DNA of 64,000 bases, from positions 24,552,001 to 24,616,000 of the forward strand of contig CM060733.1 of assembly GCA_030704615.1 (NCBI GenBank). Reading direction: 5' to 3'. Source of the stretch: Takakia lepidozioides. Its lineage: Eukaryota; Plantae; Bryophyta. Shown here piece after piece: positions 1-12,800 of the stretch. The notes beneath the pieces are model-generated. The model was not told the origin of the DNA, did not search any database, and worked only from the letters and a program-made list of their open reading frames with translations. The position numbers and the translations under genes were made by a program. Positions within the stretch are counted from its first letter, which is position 1; each line of letters begins with the position of its first letter.

Positions 1-430
1 TTCAAACTCCGGGTGGAGAGTCTACTCCGGGTTGAGAGTGAATAAAAAACAGATGGAGAGAGGAAAGGAAGATTGTCAATGCCCAATGTGTAGGCGACCT
101 GAAGATAATATCCATTTTCTGACACATTGTCCAGGGCATTCTCATCAGAGAGCGAACCGCTTCAGGACCATCAAGAATGCAGTCCCTGCATCTCTGTTCA
201 GTAACTTTCAAAATCGCAAAGCTGAGCCTACAGATAGAAAAAGCCACACCTTGCGATTGCTGTTGTCCCACCATCGTGCAGGATCTTCAAAAAACTCCAG
301 CTCTGCTCCGTGCTGCAAATTCAGGGCCGAGTCTGATGAGAGGGCAAAACAGGCTGAAATAGGTCGAAAAGAAGGTGCCCTCACCACATTGTCCTCGACC
401 TTGTGTCAAGACCCATGGAGGATTTGAGTG
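1..430 (+). mobile_element. 3' remnant of a non-LTR retrotransposon (LINE) ORF with C-terminal CCHC zinc knuckle
   Basis: ORF 32..427 has CPMCRRPEDNIHFLTHCP (CX2CX7HX4C), preceded by an FKLR..LRV motif typical of the end of LINE RT proteins. Frameshifted and truncated by the window edge. Confidence 0.6.
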
Positions 431-929
431 ACCATGAACCCAATAGGACCTCCTGTGTGTGCTGCTTGTGTATGTAGTCAGGTCATGTCAATTGGTCTGT
501 GAGAACCACCACGGTGCAGCTGAGCGGGTAGAGATTGAAACACGGCATGCTAAGAGCAAGCTGAATCTCCCAAGAACGGCGAGCTCCCAGCCGAAACCTC
601 CTCGCACACATACATACCCTAGCGTTTCTAGGGTTGCTTGCTTCAGATGCGAAGGTTGCTCCAACTGCGGGCCTCCCATGCATGTTTGCCTCCCGCTCGC
701 TCTAAGTCTGATCACGGCTACCGTGATGGACACCTTTTTAAGTTTTTAAACCTTATTGCAAACCCTATAAGCAACTTTTGATTTTCTTTTTCTTTTTCTT
801 AAAAAGAGGAAACCTCAGGCCCTTGAGGAGGGGGAAAATTTAGCCCCCTTTCATTTATGGGCCATGAGACCTACAGGACGATCAACGCCCAAACATACCG
901 TCACGAACAATCCCACACACGGGATAAGG

Positions 930-1640
930 CAGCGGGTTTGAACCAGTGTATGAACCGCCTGTTATTAGACCGGTTATATATATATATATATATCCGGAGG
1001 AGGTGCAAAAAAAAACCCGGATATAAACAGATCCGACGGAGGCTAGGGGTTGAGATAACCGGCTTCGAGAACCCACAAGCAAGTTTGGTTTTTTATTTAT
1101 TGGTATCTAGCCATGGCCTTAAAAAAGGACCCAGTTATCAATAAATAGTGTCAGCATATACCCTTGCTAAGATTAATGTGACACCAATCTGGTAACTAAG
1201 ATGTCCATTATTGATCATCTGGATGATCCAGTTTCAAGGGCTAACCATCTTGCATGGCTGGTCGATCCTTGCTTGGCATTTATTTAAGTTTTTTTTATAA
1301 AAATATTTTCATCATTTCAATATATGTAAATTTTTATTTTATAAAAATTTCATTTACATGACTGCAATATAACCGTTTTAAGGACCGCCGTTTATCTACT
1401 GGTTATGAAATATATTGAACTTCCAGAACCGGTTCAAAAAACCACCTGTGCAAAGGTCTTTTATAACCGGAATTGAACTTAACCGGGTTTTTGGAAAACA
1501 TCAAAGAACCGCCTCCGGCAGGTTACTTAATTTTTTCTTTTGTCCATTTAACCGCCTCCGAAGGTTCTAAAGAAGGGGCAATTGGCAAAGAACATGCACC
1601 GGAGGAGCTCACGAAAACCTGATAACCGCCCAACACTTCT
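930..1640. repeat. Degenerate AACCGG/AACCGC-rich DNA-transposon-like remnant with a (TA)n microsatellite at ~975-993
   Basis: Many scattered aaccgg/aaccgc/ataacc motifs, as in subterminal arrays of plant hAT-like elements. No paired TIR or TSD found. Confidence 0.35.
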
Positions 1641-1850
1641 TTGAACCCCGAACCACCAGGGCGACACACTCTGCACTTACCAGCCGATGTGCTTTTTTCA
1701 AATCTTTTGCACTTTGATTCGTTTTTTTGGTTTTTAAAAAATTCATTCTAGTGGTCAGAGTCTCGGTTTTTTTTTAAATATAAATACACATATATTATAT
1801 ATATAGCCAGAAAAGCACGTGTCGACACGTGCAGTCATGTGGTGATTCAT

Positions 1851-2087
1851 CCATGTGATGATCTGGCAACATGCATTAGAGTGAGAGTCATGAAGTCATA
1901 TGTGCGTCTAGCAGTATGCACATGTCATTCGCATATAGCCATGTCGGTGACTGGTAGTCATATCCGCCATGTGATGATCTGGCAACATGCATTAGAGTGA
2001 GAGTCGTGAAGTAATATGTGTGTCTATCAATATGCACACGTCATTCTAGTATAACCATGTCCATGACTGGTAGTCATATCCGCCATG
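1851..2087. repeat. Tandem duplication of a 116-bp unit
   Basis: ccatgtgatgatctggcaacatgcattagagtgagagtc...gactggtagtcatatccg starts at 1851 and again at 1967. Confidence 0.9.
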
Positions 2088-3265
2088 CCAATATTCGTGG
2101 TCAAACATGTTTGACCTGTGTCGAGCAGAGTCTGGAGTCATGCAGTCGCATATACGCCTTCCCCAGACTTGTGTTATGACTTCAAAGGCATTTTACGATT
2201 GCAAATGGCATTTCTGCCACAAATCGGCCATGACTACGCACCCATGGCATTAATGAAAGCCACAATCTGTTGTAGTGTTGCTTTCACAAAAAAATGAGCA
2301 TGAATTCAGGAGAGCTTGGGGGGGTGTTAGACATTGAGTGGAGGCAGACTAGGGAGCCGATCATCTTGCATGGTGACATGAGGTTTGGGAATCGATCATA
2401 ATTTCAAGTGGACAATGTGGAGGGGAAAAACCAAGATTTGAGGCTCAATGGTGGCAACTCGCTCGAGCATAAATGAATGGGTGACAACTCGGTGTCGAAA
2501 GATGAACTTCCAGAAAGAAGGCTGGTTCAGCAGTTGATGAAACCACTGAATATTACATGGAGCAACGAAGGCGTTGACCGAGGAAAGATGCAGAAGAATC
2601 GTTGATCAAGCTGGCCAGCTCCATGCAATTGATCGATCGATTAGCGAAGAGACCATGGAACACTCCTCTCACCGCAAACCACGGAGCTCCAGTGACTCAC
2701 ATTCTAGTGTGCCCTCTAGTGTGCCCCTAGAATCGCATGTGGCCCTTGCGGTGATTTTGGAAAATTGAAAAGCAAAAAACAAACACTGCATCAACGGAAT
2801 TAACCAAGTAGTAGCACACTAGGGCACACTCTCATCTCATATAGTACAATGAACCAATTTGAGTATACCATCAGGGCCTCAAAATGACATCATTTGTTCT
2901 TTTTCTGTTTTTTCTTTGAACAACCTTACTTTTTTTTAAATTTATTATTTCGAGAACAGGGGACAGAGGCCCCCTGGAGAATTTTATTAATAAAACCGAG
3001 GGAAAAATAACCTCAGGAAACAACCATGAAGAATGAAAAAGGAGACACTGCCCCCTCACCAAAGCTATGAGGGCTGCAAGCAGCTATGGATGAGTAGGTT
3101 CCCTAGCAGCAGGGAAATGACTACCTAATTTTACCAAAAAAAAGAAAACCTTACAGAACTTAGTAGTTAGTAGGTAGGTGGTGGTGTGGGTTACGCACAG
3201 CCAGCAGGTTCGACCCGCCGACGTGTCCATCTGTGAAGTCGAGTTAACCACCGAACCAACGAGAG

Positions 3266-3484
3266 AGAAATATACGTTTTGAATAGTGAATTTATTTTTG
3301 TTGTTCTCAACTTGGGTAACCGATGGTTGGATGAATGAGTGGATGGATTCTCAAGCGAATCTCATCCACGGAGCAGAAATATACGTCTTGAATAGTGAAT
3401 TCATTTTCTTGTTCTCAACTTGGGTTACCGATGGATGGATGAGTGGGTGGATGGATGTGTAAACGGGTCTCATCCACGGAGCAG
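3266..3484. repeat. Tandem duplication of a ~109-bp unit upstream of the RhoGAP gene
   Basis: agaaatatacgt.ttgaatagtgaatt...ctcatccacggagca at ~3266 and ~3375. Confidence 0.85.
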
Positions 3485-4096
3485 TGTGCTTTGTGTTTTG
3501 AGAGGTTTCGTGGAAGGAGGAGAGCGAGCGAAGGAGACGAAGGGCAGTGCGAGATTGCAGTGTACCTTACCTTGTGTGAATCGTTGTTGGCACACAGATT
3601 GATGAGCTCTCTCAATTGATAAGTTACTGGCTTGACGACACTCATCGGAGACACGTCTCCCATCTCCGATCACTGGGCTGTCCTCTCGCTCCACAGGTGC
3701 ATCCGCTCGTTGTGATTTTTAGGGGTTGTGTGTTGAATCTGTGATTAGTTTATGGATGGGACTTGGCCTAATGTCAAGGTTATGTTGCGTTGGAGATCAA
3801 TGGATTGGTGTATGCTGGTTTTCATGGGCGTGGGTGCCGTCGCGTATGGATCTAGGGTTTGTTGGAGTGAGCTAGTCAGGTCGGGTTTATAATTATTTCG
3901 TTAAATTCTTGGAAGTTTGATGGGGGGCATTCCTAAGTTGGAATGCAGCCGACGCTGACTGAGAATTTTAATAATGGAATTATCGGTGTCAGATTATCAA
4001 TTTTTAGGGTTAGATTGCCGTGTTCGTTTTATGGAGCATGGGTTCTGGTGGATGTTTGGCTTGAAATGCAGGTTGTAGGCTGAGTAGGTTGTGGAC

Positions 4097-7000
4097 ATGT
4101 CGTCAGGTCAATGGCGTGAGAAAGCTGGCGATTTCTTCTCTTCTTCAAGTGAGTAACCTGTGATTTGCGTTACGCTATCTATTATTGACGGCAGAAGACT
4201 CCCATTAACTTTCACTTAGTACAGAGAGGAAAACCTACTCCTGAAATGTATACATTACAAGTGTTCCCCTATCTCAAGTTTTACCTACTGTACCTGATAT
4301 GCGTGTGCATGTACTTCACGACAAATGGTGATCCTTTAGTAGTCTGTGATGTGATAGGGGGCACTTCTATTCTCATAACCAGGCAATGCTTGTTGAATAC
4401 GGGGAGCCAAAAATAGAGGAAACCAGAGAATTAGTTTCTTTTCTTTTCTTTTGTATCAGCCCCGTTGGATTTAAACCCTCATGGATGATTGTGTATAGGT
4501 TAGAAATTAGTGGTGCCACAGCAGCTGGTGACAATCCATTTGGTGGCTTATGTGAGGCTGATCCTAGAGTCACCAGTCATGCCACATGTTATTCAGATCA
4601 GTCAACTTGCATATAAGCTCATATAGGTGCTGAATGGAGTTTATCATCTATGGGAGGCCGTTTCAACAGAGCTACACCTGGCGGTTGCATTGAAGTCTTG
4701 CAGGAAACAGCCTGAATGCAGTTTATTTGACAGTCACTGTTTTAGATACTGCAGATCCACAAATCTGGTCTGTTGAGGAACACATATGTGACACACTTCT
4801 CTGTACTAGTTGAATTGCATTTGCACCGGGCATAGAGGGAGGTCTGGTAGCCCAGTCTTGTGAACATTAATCTTATTTGACGTATTGAGAGAGGGAGGTG
4901 GGGAGCAGGTGTGAAGTTGAAGCAGGCCACACAGGTAGCAGGGGAGGTAGCGAAGACAGCCGGGTCAAGTGTGGCTGATGCCGCCGAGCGAGCTGGGTCA
5001 GTGGTGCGTTCACGGTGGTCGCTGCTCCAACAACAACAGTCCAAAGATGGGGGACCTACTGTGCAAACCCGCTTGCGCTCCGCAAGCACGGTGCTCAAGA
5101 AGAATCTGCTTGAGACAAAGGAGAAGGTGGCAATTGGCTTGGTGGACACCAGAGAGAAAGTTTCCATAGGGCTGTCAGATACCAAGGAAAAGGTGGCCAT
5201 TGGCAGAGTTAAAGTTGAAGAGGTAACTCATTTTTTGTTGATTTGAGGTTGGTCTGACTCTGGAACTACAGCGTCCCTGTTGACTCCTTGTTAGGATGCT
5301 GAACCTCTGGGGGAATCAAGCATTGTCACTGTACTCGCATCTTCCGCGGTAATTGGTGCATAACTGTTGTGTGTTCAGTCGTAATCAATGGAGCCCAATG
5401 TCTCCTGTCCATTTGGAACAAATGAAGAGTTTTGCAAATGGACTTGTCTTACAGATCTAGGTACATGATTATCTCTGGAGATTAATACTGACAATCCATT
5501 CTCGCTTAGAGGTCGGACATGTCCTCCTATGCTAGCTTGACATGATGAATTGTCCGCAGACTTATTTTTTACTGATGTGGCAGATAGCTAAAAGGGCGAC
5601 ACAACGAAGCAAAGTTCTACTTGCCAACATAGATTGGTGGCAGAAGGTATGCACTTTTTTTGATGTTTCGGCTGGTGTGTCAGAATGTTTGGTCGTTGGT
5701 TACATCTTTTTTGTCCCAAAGTCGAAGGGTTTGCCGTATAAGAAGGGTTTGAGGTGCTGCAGTATGGTTTTTTCCAACTACAGCATTTTGTCCCTGTTGA
5801 ACCTTATCAGTCACTGAGAAGCCAGTTTCATTGAAAGCTTGAGACCTGCTCGATGGGTTACTAAAAGGTTTATTTGGTAAGTAGTGGTTGATCTTTCTGG
5901 AGGCCACTATCTTTCCACATTGGCTGGTAGGCATATGGAGTCCTAGTGTTGTCCTGGGGTAGGTTTCTTGGGTTGTGGAAGGTATTCAACCTGCATACAT
6001 TAAGTCTGCAACATTCTGCTATCACAATTAGCTATCCAATTGACACCTGAGTGTTTGCATGTCCGCAGGGGCCCGATGAGAAGGCTGGTGAGCACCAACC
6101 AGGAATTTTTGCTATGACTTTCATGCAAACAGTTCCTTCTTAGGAGAACAATGAAGCAGGGTTGGAGGGGGTAGGGTGAGTGCAGTAAGATTGTGATTTT
6201 GTCAGGAGACTGCAAACCTAGTCTTACCAAGGGAGCATGCATTAACATCCTTCTGTTGGGATCGATCAAGGGGGATTACTCTATGCAACCATGGTTGGAG
6301 GGGCAAGTGGGAGGAAATTTTGGGGTAGGGCGAGTGCAATAAGATTGTGATTTTGTCAGGAGACTGCAAACCTAGTCTTACCAAGGGCGCATGTATGCAC
6401 TGTCGATGTATGCACTGTCATCCTTCTGTTGGGATCGATCAAGGGGGATTACTCTATGCAACCATGGTTGATTGTATTGATACGAAAATACCTATGGGAG
6501 CAAGGGCACAATTAAGTAGCCTAACGACTCACCCAAAGATGAAGTTTGAGCAGCAGAGCTGAAGGCACTAGGCCCAACTTCCACAGCCTATGGTCTGCCA
6601 ATGAAATTTGGCAAGAAACAGTGTTACAAAGGTGGTGTATGCTCATCTGTATGCTCATACCCAATGGTAGATACACGTCACAGCTCATACCTCCAAATCA
6701 GAAATGTGGCATGCCTCTCTTCACAGTCGGTCTGTTGTTCACATAGGTAGTAAAGTTTCACTCTTCATCCATTGACTCCTGCTTTCCATGGATGGGTATC
6801 GAGAGCACATGGTGACTGTTGCTCTCAGTTTTTGGGGTGCCGCTGGAGATTCTTGTGCAGAGGCAGAAGAGCCCAAGACCCATTCCGCAAATTGTGATAA
6901 AATGCGTTGATTGCCTGGTTAAATCAGGTGGCCTTCTTGCCCACGAGTTTTTCTCCCTGGTCATGGTAATGCATCTGGGTGGCTAGGTTATGGTAACGTC

Positions 7001-9139
7001 TGGGATGCAGGTCTGTGGCTGCTGTACTTTTACTCTACTCTTCTGTACCCCTTTTCTGGTGAGCCAGCATTATGCTGACTAGATAGAGCCAGCCGATTGT
7101 AGCATAGAGTTATCAGAAGCTAGGAATAGTAGCTTTGTTCTGTCAAGACAAGCCAGTATACTTGCTCTCCGTTTGATCTGTTGTCACTGTTATAGGTTCA
7201 AGAGATCAAATTGTCCCTTATTGAATATGCTCTCTGAGGTCTTGATCTGTTTTTTAAAAGTTGGAGGCACCTTGCAGGGTTACATGCAGAGTACCTATTT
7301 AAGCAAGACGGTGACCAAGTGATGCTCGACCGCCTTGTCAACTCATGTCATGAAGGTGCTACTTCTGCCTCTCCCCTACATTTCCACATACAATGTTAGG
7401 GTCAACCTTCATTTCAGCCAAGGATCTAAAATTCTAGTATGTAACAGTGTTATAGCAGGAGATGTAAGGTCACAAATCACAACCAGACAATCTAAGATGA
7501 TGGATTTTATTCTTTTTATCACTACGTAGCATTGGAAAGATAATTGGCAGATGGTGTATGCATCCTTTGACATGCTCTAGCTGTATTGTCATCTTGGTGG
7601 GGGGCACAGATTCAAATGCGATCTTGCCAGATGGGGCTAGTCCAATTGATGTGGCAGCCTTGCTGAAGCTGTACCTGCGGATGTTACCTGAGCCCGTCTT
7701 GACATTTGAGTTATATGACGAGATTGTGGATGCTAGGGGCAGTGCCCGCCTGCTACACCAATATCTGGCCACACTACCTGCTGCCAACTACTCCACTCTT
7801 GAATGCCTCACTGCCCTTCTGCTACGCATCAGCCAAAAGTCAGCTCTCAACAAGGTCCGTGCTCTAGCATCTCTTGCTTAAAGGACCATTGACTTGAGGG
7901 ATCTTCCTCTAGGGTGGGCCCAGTGCTGGACAATGGCTTTGTTGTTGTATGGGCTTTAGTCGAGAGAAGCGTTGCCATTATGCTGCCATAATGCTCTTAA
8001 TGATGCCTATGGCAGCTTTGGCCTTGTGAAGCGTTTCTGTCTGCATTATCGATGGCCCAAGCATGCTTTCATCGCATGTGTGACGATTCGAAATAGTTCA
8101 GTTTGTCAAGAATTACTGTCCGTGTCCTTGATGGGCTGTGGTTTTCATTTTGCTTGATCCTTTCTTGGTGACCAACAAACAGTCCTCCAGTCTCCTTGGC
8201 CATGGTGGTGGAGCACCCTCTGCACTAAGGCTAACCCCACTGACTGAGGTTTGTTTGTTTTTCTTTTGAGGTTTCTTGTTTGACGGGTAGCAGTTGTACA
8301 GATGGATGCCCACAGCCTGGCAATTGAGCTTGCGCCAGCCTTACTTTGGAGGAAGAACAAAGTAAGTTCATCAGAGTCACTGAATGGAGAAGAGAGTCAG
8401 AAAGTATCGTCGGGTGCCAGGGCATCACGGCGGTTGTCAGGTGCAAAGTCAGCTCGTGGAAGTGGGGAGGAGGCCACAGAGGACAGCAAGGGATTGCCAC
8501 TGGTTAAACCCACTAGTGTGTCAGTACGTGTGAATGTGCAAGCTGGGGCAGATGATGAATGGTCTGAATTTCAAGGTCTGCTGTTCACACCATGTTCACA
8601 ATATTATGTGCATGTTTTGTTTGAAGTATTTTAGCCAGATTCTGGTGCTCAATCTCCTCCTTTGGCAGCAAGCTCTTATGGACCACAGCCTTCAGGGTCC
8701 GCTTGGTTTGATTTGCAGCGGGGCAAAACAAAATATGTGAAGCTTGAGAGGACCATGGTTAGCTACAGGATATCTTGTGATTGGAAGGTTGTCCATGCGT
8801 TCTTCAGATGGTAAGAGAGTTGTATGGTGGTAACAGTGTTGCCTTCAGTGTTGAGTGATTCAGATGGGATATGCGAGGGAGGAAATTAGCCCTAATCACT
8901 ATTTATGGGAGTCTGGAGGTTTTGTGATTCTGACATAAACTGAGACAACATGCTTGCAAGCAGGTGAAGGTCTTCTCAATGGGGGCTCCGAGGATGAGAA
9001 GTCAGCCCAAATCCCACTGGATGATGAACCATCATCCCTTGACTTAGCAGTTGTGGAGGCAGTCCAGTGTTTAATAGAGCACCACGATGTCGTCTTTGCC
9101 GATGCCATTGAGGCAGTGTGGCAGGAAATAGGTGGATAG
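4097..9139 (+). CDS. Rho GTPase-activating domain protein, At5g61530-like (9 coding exons: 4097-4148, 4909-5222, 5584-5646, 6069-6087, 6829-6927, 7278-7355, 7610-7854, 8302-8575, ~8964-9139)
   Basis: Spliced GT-AG model is in frame: MSSGQWREKAGDFFSSS-VKLKQA...RVKVEE-IAKRATQRSK...WWQK-GPDEKA-VFGVPLEILVQRQKSPRPIPQIVIKC-...IDVAALLKLYLRMLPEPVLTFELYDEI...LLLRISQKSALNK-MDAHSLAIELAP...-IPLDD...AVQCLIEHHDVVFADAIEAVW. Colinear with the recalled Arabidopsis At5g61530 protein. Confidence 0.9.
6167..6469. repeat. Intronic direct duplication (~130-150 bp) in RhoGAP intron 4
   Basis: ggggtaggg.gagtgca.taagattgtgattttgtcaggagactgcaaacctagtcttaccaaggg...catccttctgttgggatcgatcaagggggattactctatgcaaccatggttg at ~6167 and ~6322. 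Confidence 0.85.
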
Positions 9140-9837
9140 GCTCTGGTGTGTCTGCATGCAATCTGTAAAGTAGCAAGTTTGTTCGGTTGTAAATGTCACA
9201 AATTCTTGGCTACCACAGGTGTTAGGTGGCTGCTTCTTTTTCGCTGGAGGCATCATGTAATAAATACTGGACACAAGTTGACAGGCATTATGGATTTATA
9301 CGTGTTATTGTGACTGATGAATTTCTACTGTGCTCTCCCGCTGTGTGATAATTTTTCCGGTGACTGTAGTTTAGTTGGCTTCTAAGTCCTACAGTTCTAG
9401 CGGTTGAGTCATCTTGGCCTCAGGTGCCTCGGGCCTGCAGTAGGACTATGCTAGTTACATGCTGATGTAGCTGATAATGCTTAGAGTGAAATGACCCTTC
9501 AGAATTGCCTTCCTTTGTTAGTATCCACCTCTTCCAGCCAGGGCAGAGCAGGGGAATCCATGTCACTATTCTTACGCCTGCAAACTTCACAAAGATTACA
9601 GCCCCCAGAGGCCATATACCTAAACCGTAGGGGAAAAAGCTCCTGGGGACCTCGAGGTGGATTGCTGGAAAAGGTAAGGCGACCCGCCCAGTTTGCTAGC
9701 CAATCTATCTCAAGCTTGAACTTCAAGGGGCTGACAACATGTTTACAATGCTTCTCACAATGCAATGTCATAGTATATCCTGATCTCATCTTCACTAGTG
9801 CACAAAGGCCGAATGTCACCAATAGCAAGCCAGTCCT

Positions 9838-12800
9838 CTACTTGTCCTCCACCAAAATTTCAGAATGGGTGTTAATGTCCTCACCTCCCTCATCCCCTTC
9901 ATCCTCTTCATCTTCCACCTCCAGATCGTCTTCACTATCGACACCCTCATCTTGTTGTGCCTTTGTATCAGGTCGCCTCGCTAAAGCAGCACCACGTGCA
10001 CCGCCCTCCATCTGACAGAGGAAGAAAGGAGTAACAAAGTATCAGCGTAAAGCAACCACCACCATCATGCCCTGTCTCCACAATCAATATATGAGTGAGA
10101 GCTGTTTGGATATTATAGGCCCTTCACATAGTCATTTCTTTGATTAACTAGGTTTTTGCTTAGTTCATGTGATAGTTAGCATATGACCAATGTGACTATG
10201 TCCTGCCCCATACAGCAACATATCAGCATACCAACACGGGAAATAAGTCTTACTATCATGTACAACCACTGGATAGCTGTTCCTACTACATACACACAAT
10301 CACCATTTCCACGTCCTCTCAAATTCAGCTTAAGTAGCACAATTTTGGTCTCCTGTGAGCATGTGGTGAATGTTTGAATACTCGAACTCAAATGTACCAG
10401 GAATGAACTCTGGGATGTCCGGGTTGAGATCCTCTGTTGTTGTGCTAAAAAAACCATCTATCCTTCCATGTTACAAGTGGCAAACTGCACAGAGATTCCA
10501 ACAATACCGCTAAGCACACAGCTGTGTTGTTGCACTGAGACTTACATTCCGGAGTAAAGTCCTTCGATCCCGCTCCCGCATAGTTTTAAGTGCCTGTAGC
10601 ACAATCAGGGTAATTACATAATAGAGTGAAAACACCTACACTGCCCCATATTCCTCTAGCTTGTGAGGTGCGAGAAGTAAAGAGGTACTGCCAGACAACA
10701 CACAGCTTACCTCCTCTAGCTGTTTACGCTCCTGCTCCTCTTCCTCAACATTGCTGCAAAAGCAGAAGCCCAATCAAGAAGTGGATAGCTGTTAAAACCC
10801 AATGAATTTATCCCCGCTCGCAGCCAACCAACACAGAATGCTCTCAAACCCCTGGACACCAACACCAGAGTATAGCATTGGGTGCCTCACCTTCCAATGA
10901 TGGTGGGAGCTGGGTTACAGCACTTGGCACAAACATTCCGTTTTTTCGCACACTCTGCACCCTCCACAAGTGTCATCTCATACTCATCACGTGTACTGCT
11001 AACTGCCACTGAGATAAGCACAGGCCCGGAAACGAACACAGCCAAGCATACATGTACAGACCTGAACAGAGGGCATGATACGCCTGTCGAACCGCTCGCT
11101 TTCCACAATCGTGACTGTCTCCAATATACACAGCAAATGCAGCGAGTTAAAACCAAAAACTCGGTCCTTCCAAAAGAGGGAGCCTCTACTTCCATAAGCA
11201 AACTCTTGCATGCATCCTTCCTCCTCACCAAAGCAATTGTAAAGGAACAGAATTTGACAGAGGTGAGGATGTACGCGAGATTCATCTTGGGATGGATTCT
11301 CTTCAGTTAGGTATATATTCTGTTCTCTCTAAAACAACAAACTGCTTATGCAACACATAATTACCCTTGCTGCCTGCTGTGTCTACTACTGAATTATCAG
11401 TTGAGCAGTGGCCTGTAGGACACAGGATTGCAACTCCTCCAATATAGCAGAATGACAGAAGTGAAGGGTATGTAATGATATGATGACTTTATTGGAAGGC
11501 ATGAAGTCAATACCATCATGAAAGTAATGAATGTGTGCCTGACCACATTTTTTATCAGATGACAATGCCCCACACTATTCCTGCCACATGCACCTGCTGC
11601 ACTAGTTCTGGAAACTGAAGGAATATCATAACACATTGCTGCAGTCAACCTTCTGCCAGATGACCATTTTAATTTTAAGGGTACCCACCAGTATATGTTT
11701 GAATAGGTAGATACTGCTAGATAGAACAGGCAGCACCAATTTTGTAAAGTGATGTGCCCTTTCATGACTCCCTGCTAAGAGCAACTGATTTGGTGGGTAA
11801 GATGAGTATGTCATCCGACCTCGAATTGACGATCGTATTGCAATGTAATCTTAACAAGAAAGGTGTAAATTGGTAAGCAAAATGAACTCACCACTTAGCT
11901 GGCTCAGTCAAGGCCTTGTATTTTCCATACCTGAAACACCGTCACATGTCAAAGCATCACCTTTCACGCTTTTCTGCCCAAACAGGCACTATTCATGAGA
12001 CCCTTCCAAGTAAGAAGCCTGTCAAATATCTGATGGTAGACAGAAAATAGTATGCACAATAATTGATGTGCCATGTTAGACTGCTTAGACAAATGAAAGT
12101 CAAACAGTGAATTATGAACCAAAACACTTGAGCCATACCGGTAGCATTGGTACTTACTTGCGTCTCCACTCTATTTGCTGCTTGCAGCGAGGACACACTC
12201 CTGTGATGGCAGAAAATGGTCGGAATTTACCCCCAAGCTCCTGCACATGGAGTAACCTTTCGTTAAGGTTTTCACAACTTGTACCTGAACAAGTTTCCCC
12301 CCTTTAAAGATGTGTTGTGTGCACCAAAACCCAGTCTTAAACCCTAAAACCCCCCAACCCTGTGGCACAGAAAAACAAAATTTTCCATCCGTGCTGAAGC
12401 TTGATATCACTCGTATACCAACTTCAGCCAGATTCTTCCTCTCCACCTAAACCTGTGAACGTTAATCGTCAATCTAGGTCCCACTGTGCCACATCGCTGC
12501 TCTGTTATAGAAACTTGGAATGCTGTGAATACAACGCCACAACTCGAGTTCCGTACTGGACGCAATTTTGACGATGCATGGTATCGTCCATTGCTTCAGA
12601 TATATGTGCTTTGAGTTCGGAATTTACAGACAATGCATCAGTTAATATAAGAAACAGAATGCATTAACTTCTTAACAAGATCATTTCACATAGAATCAAT
12701 CCAAGTTCACGCTTGACTTTAGGGCAAAGATACATACTGACTCGTTCTTCTTGACTCCAGAATTTGGTTTCCAAACAACTCTGCACACCCGGAAAACCCA

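Noticed and set aside
9491-10015. 174-aa Ser-rich plus-strand ORF and 109-aa minus ORF 9499-9828
   Set aside because: The Ser run is the antisense of the DUF2039 acidic tail, and the minus ORF lies in its 3'UTR.
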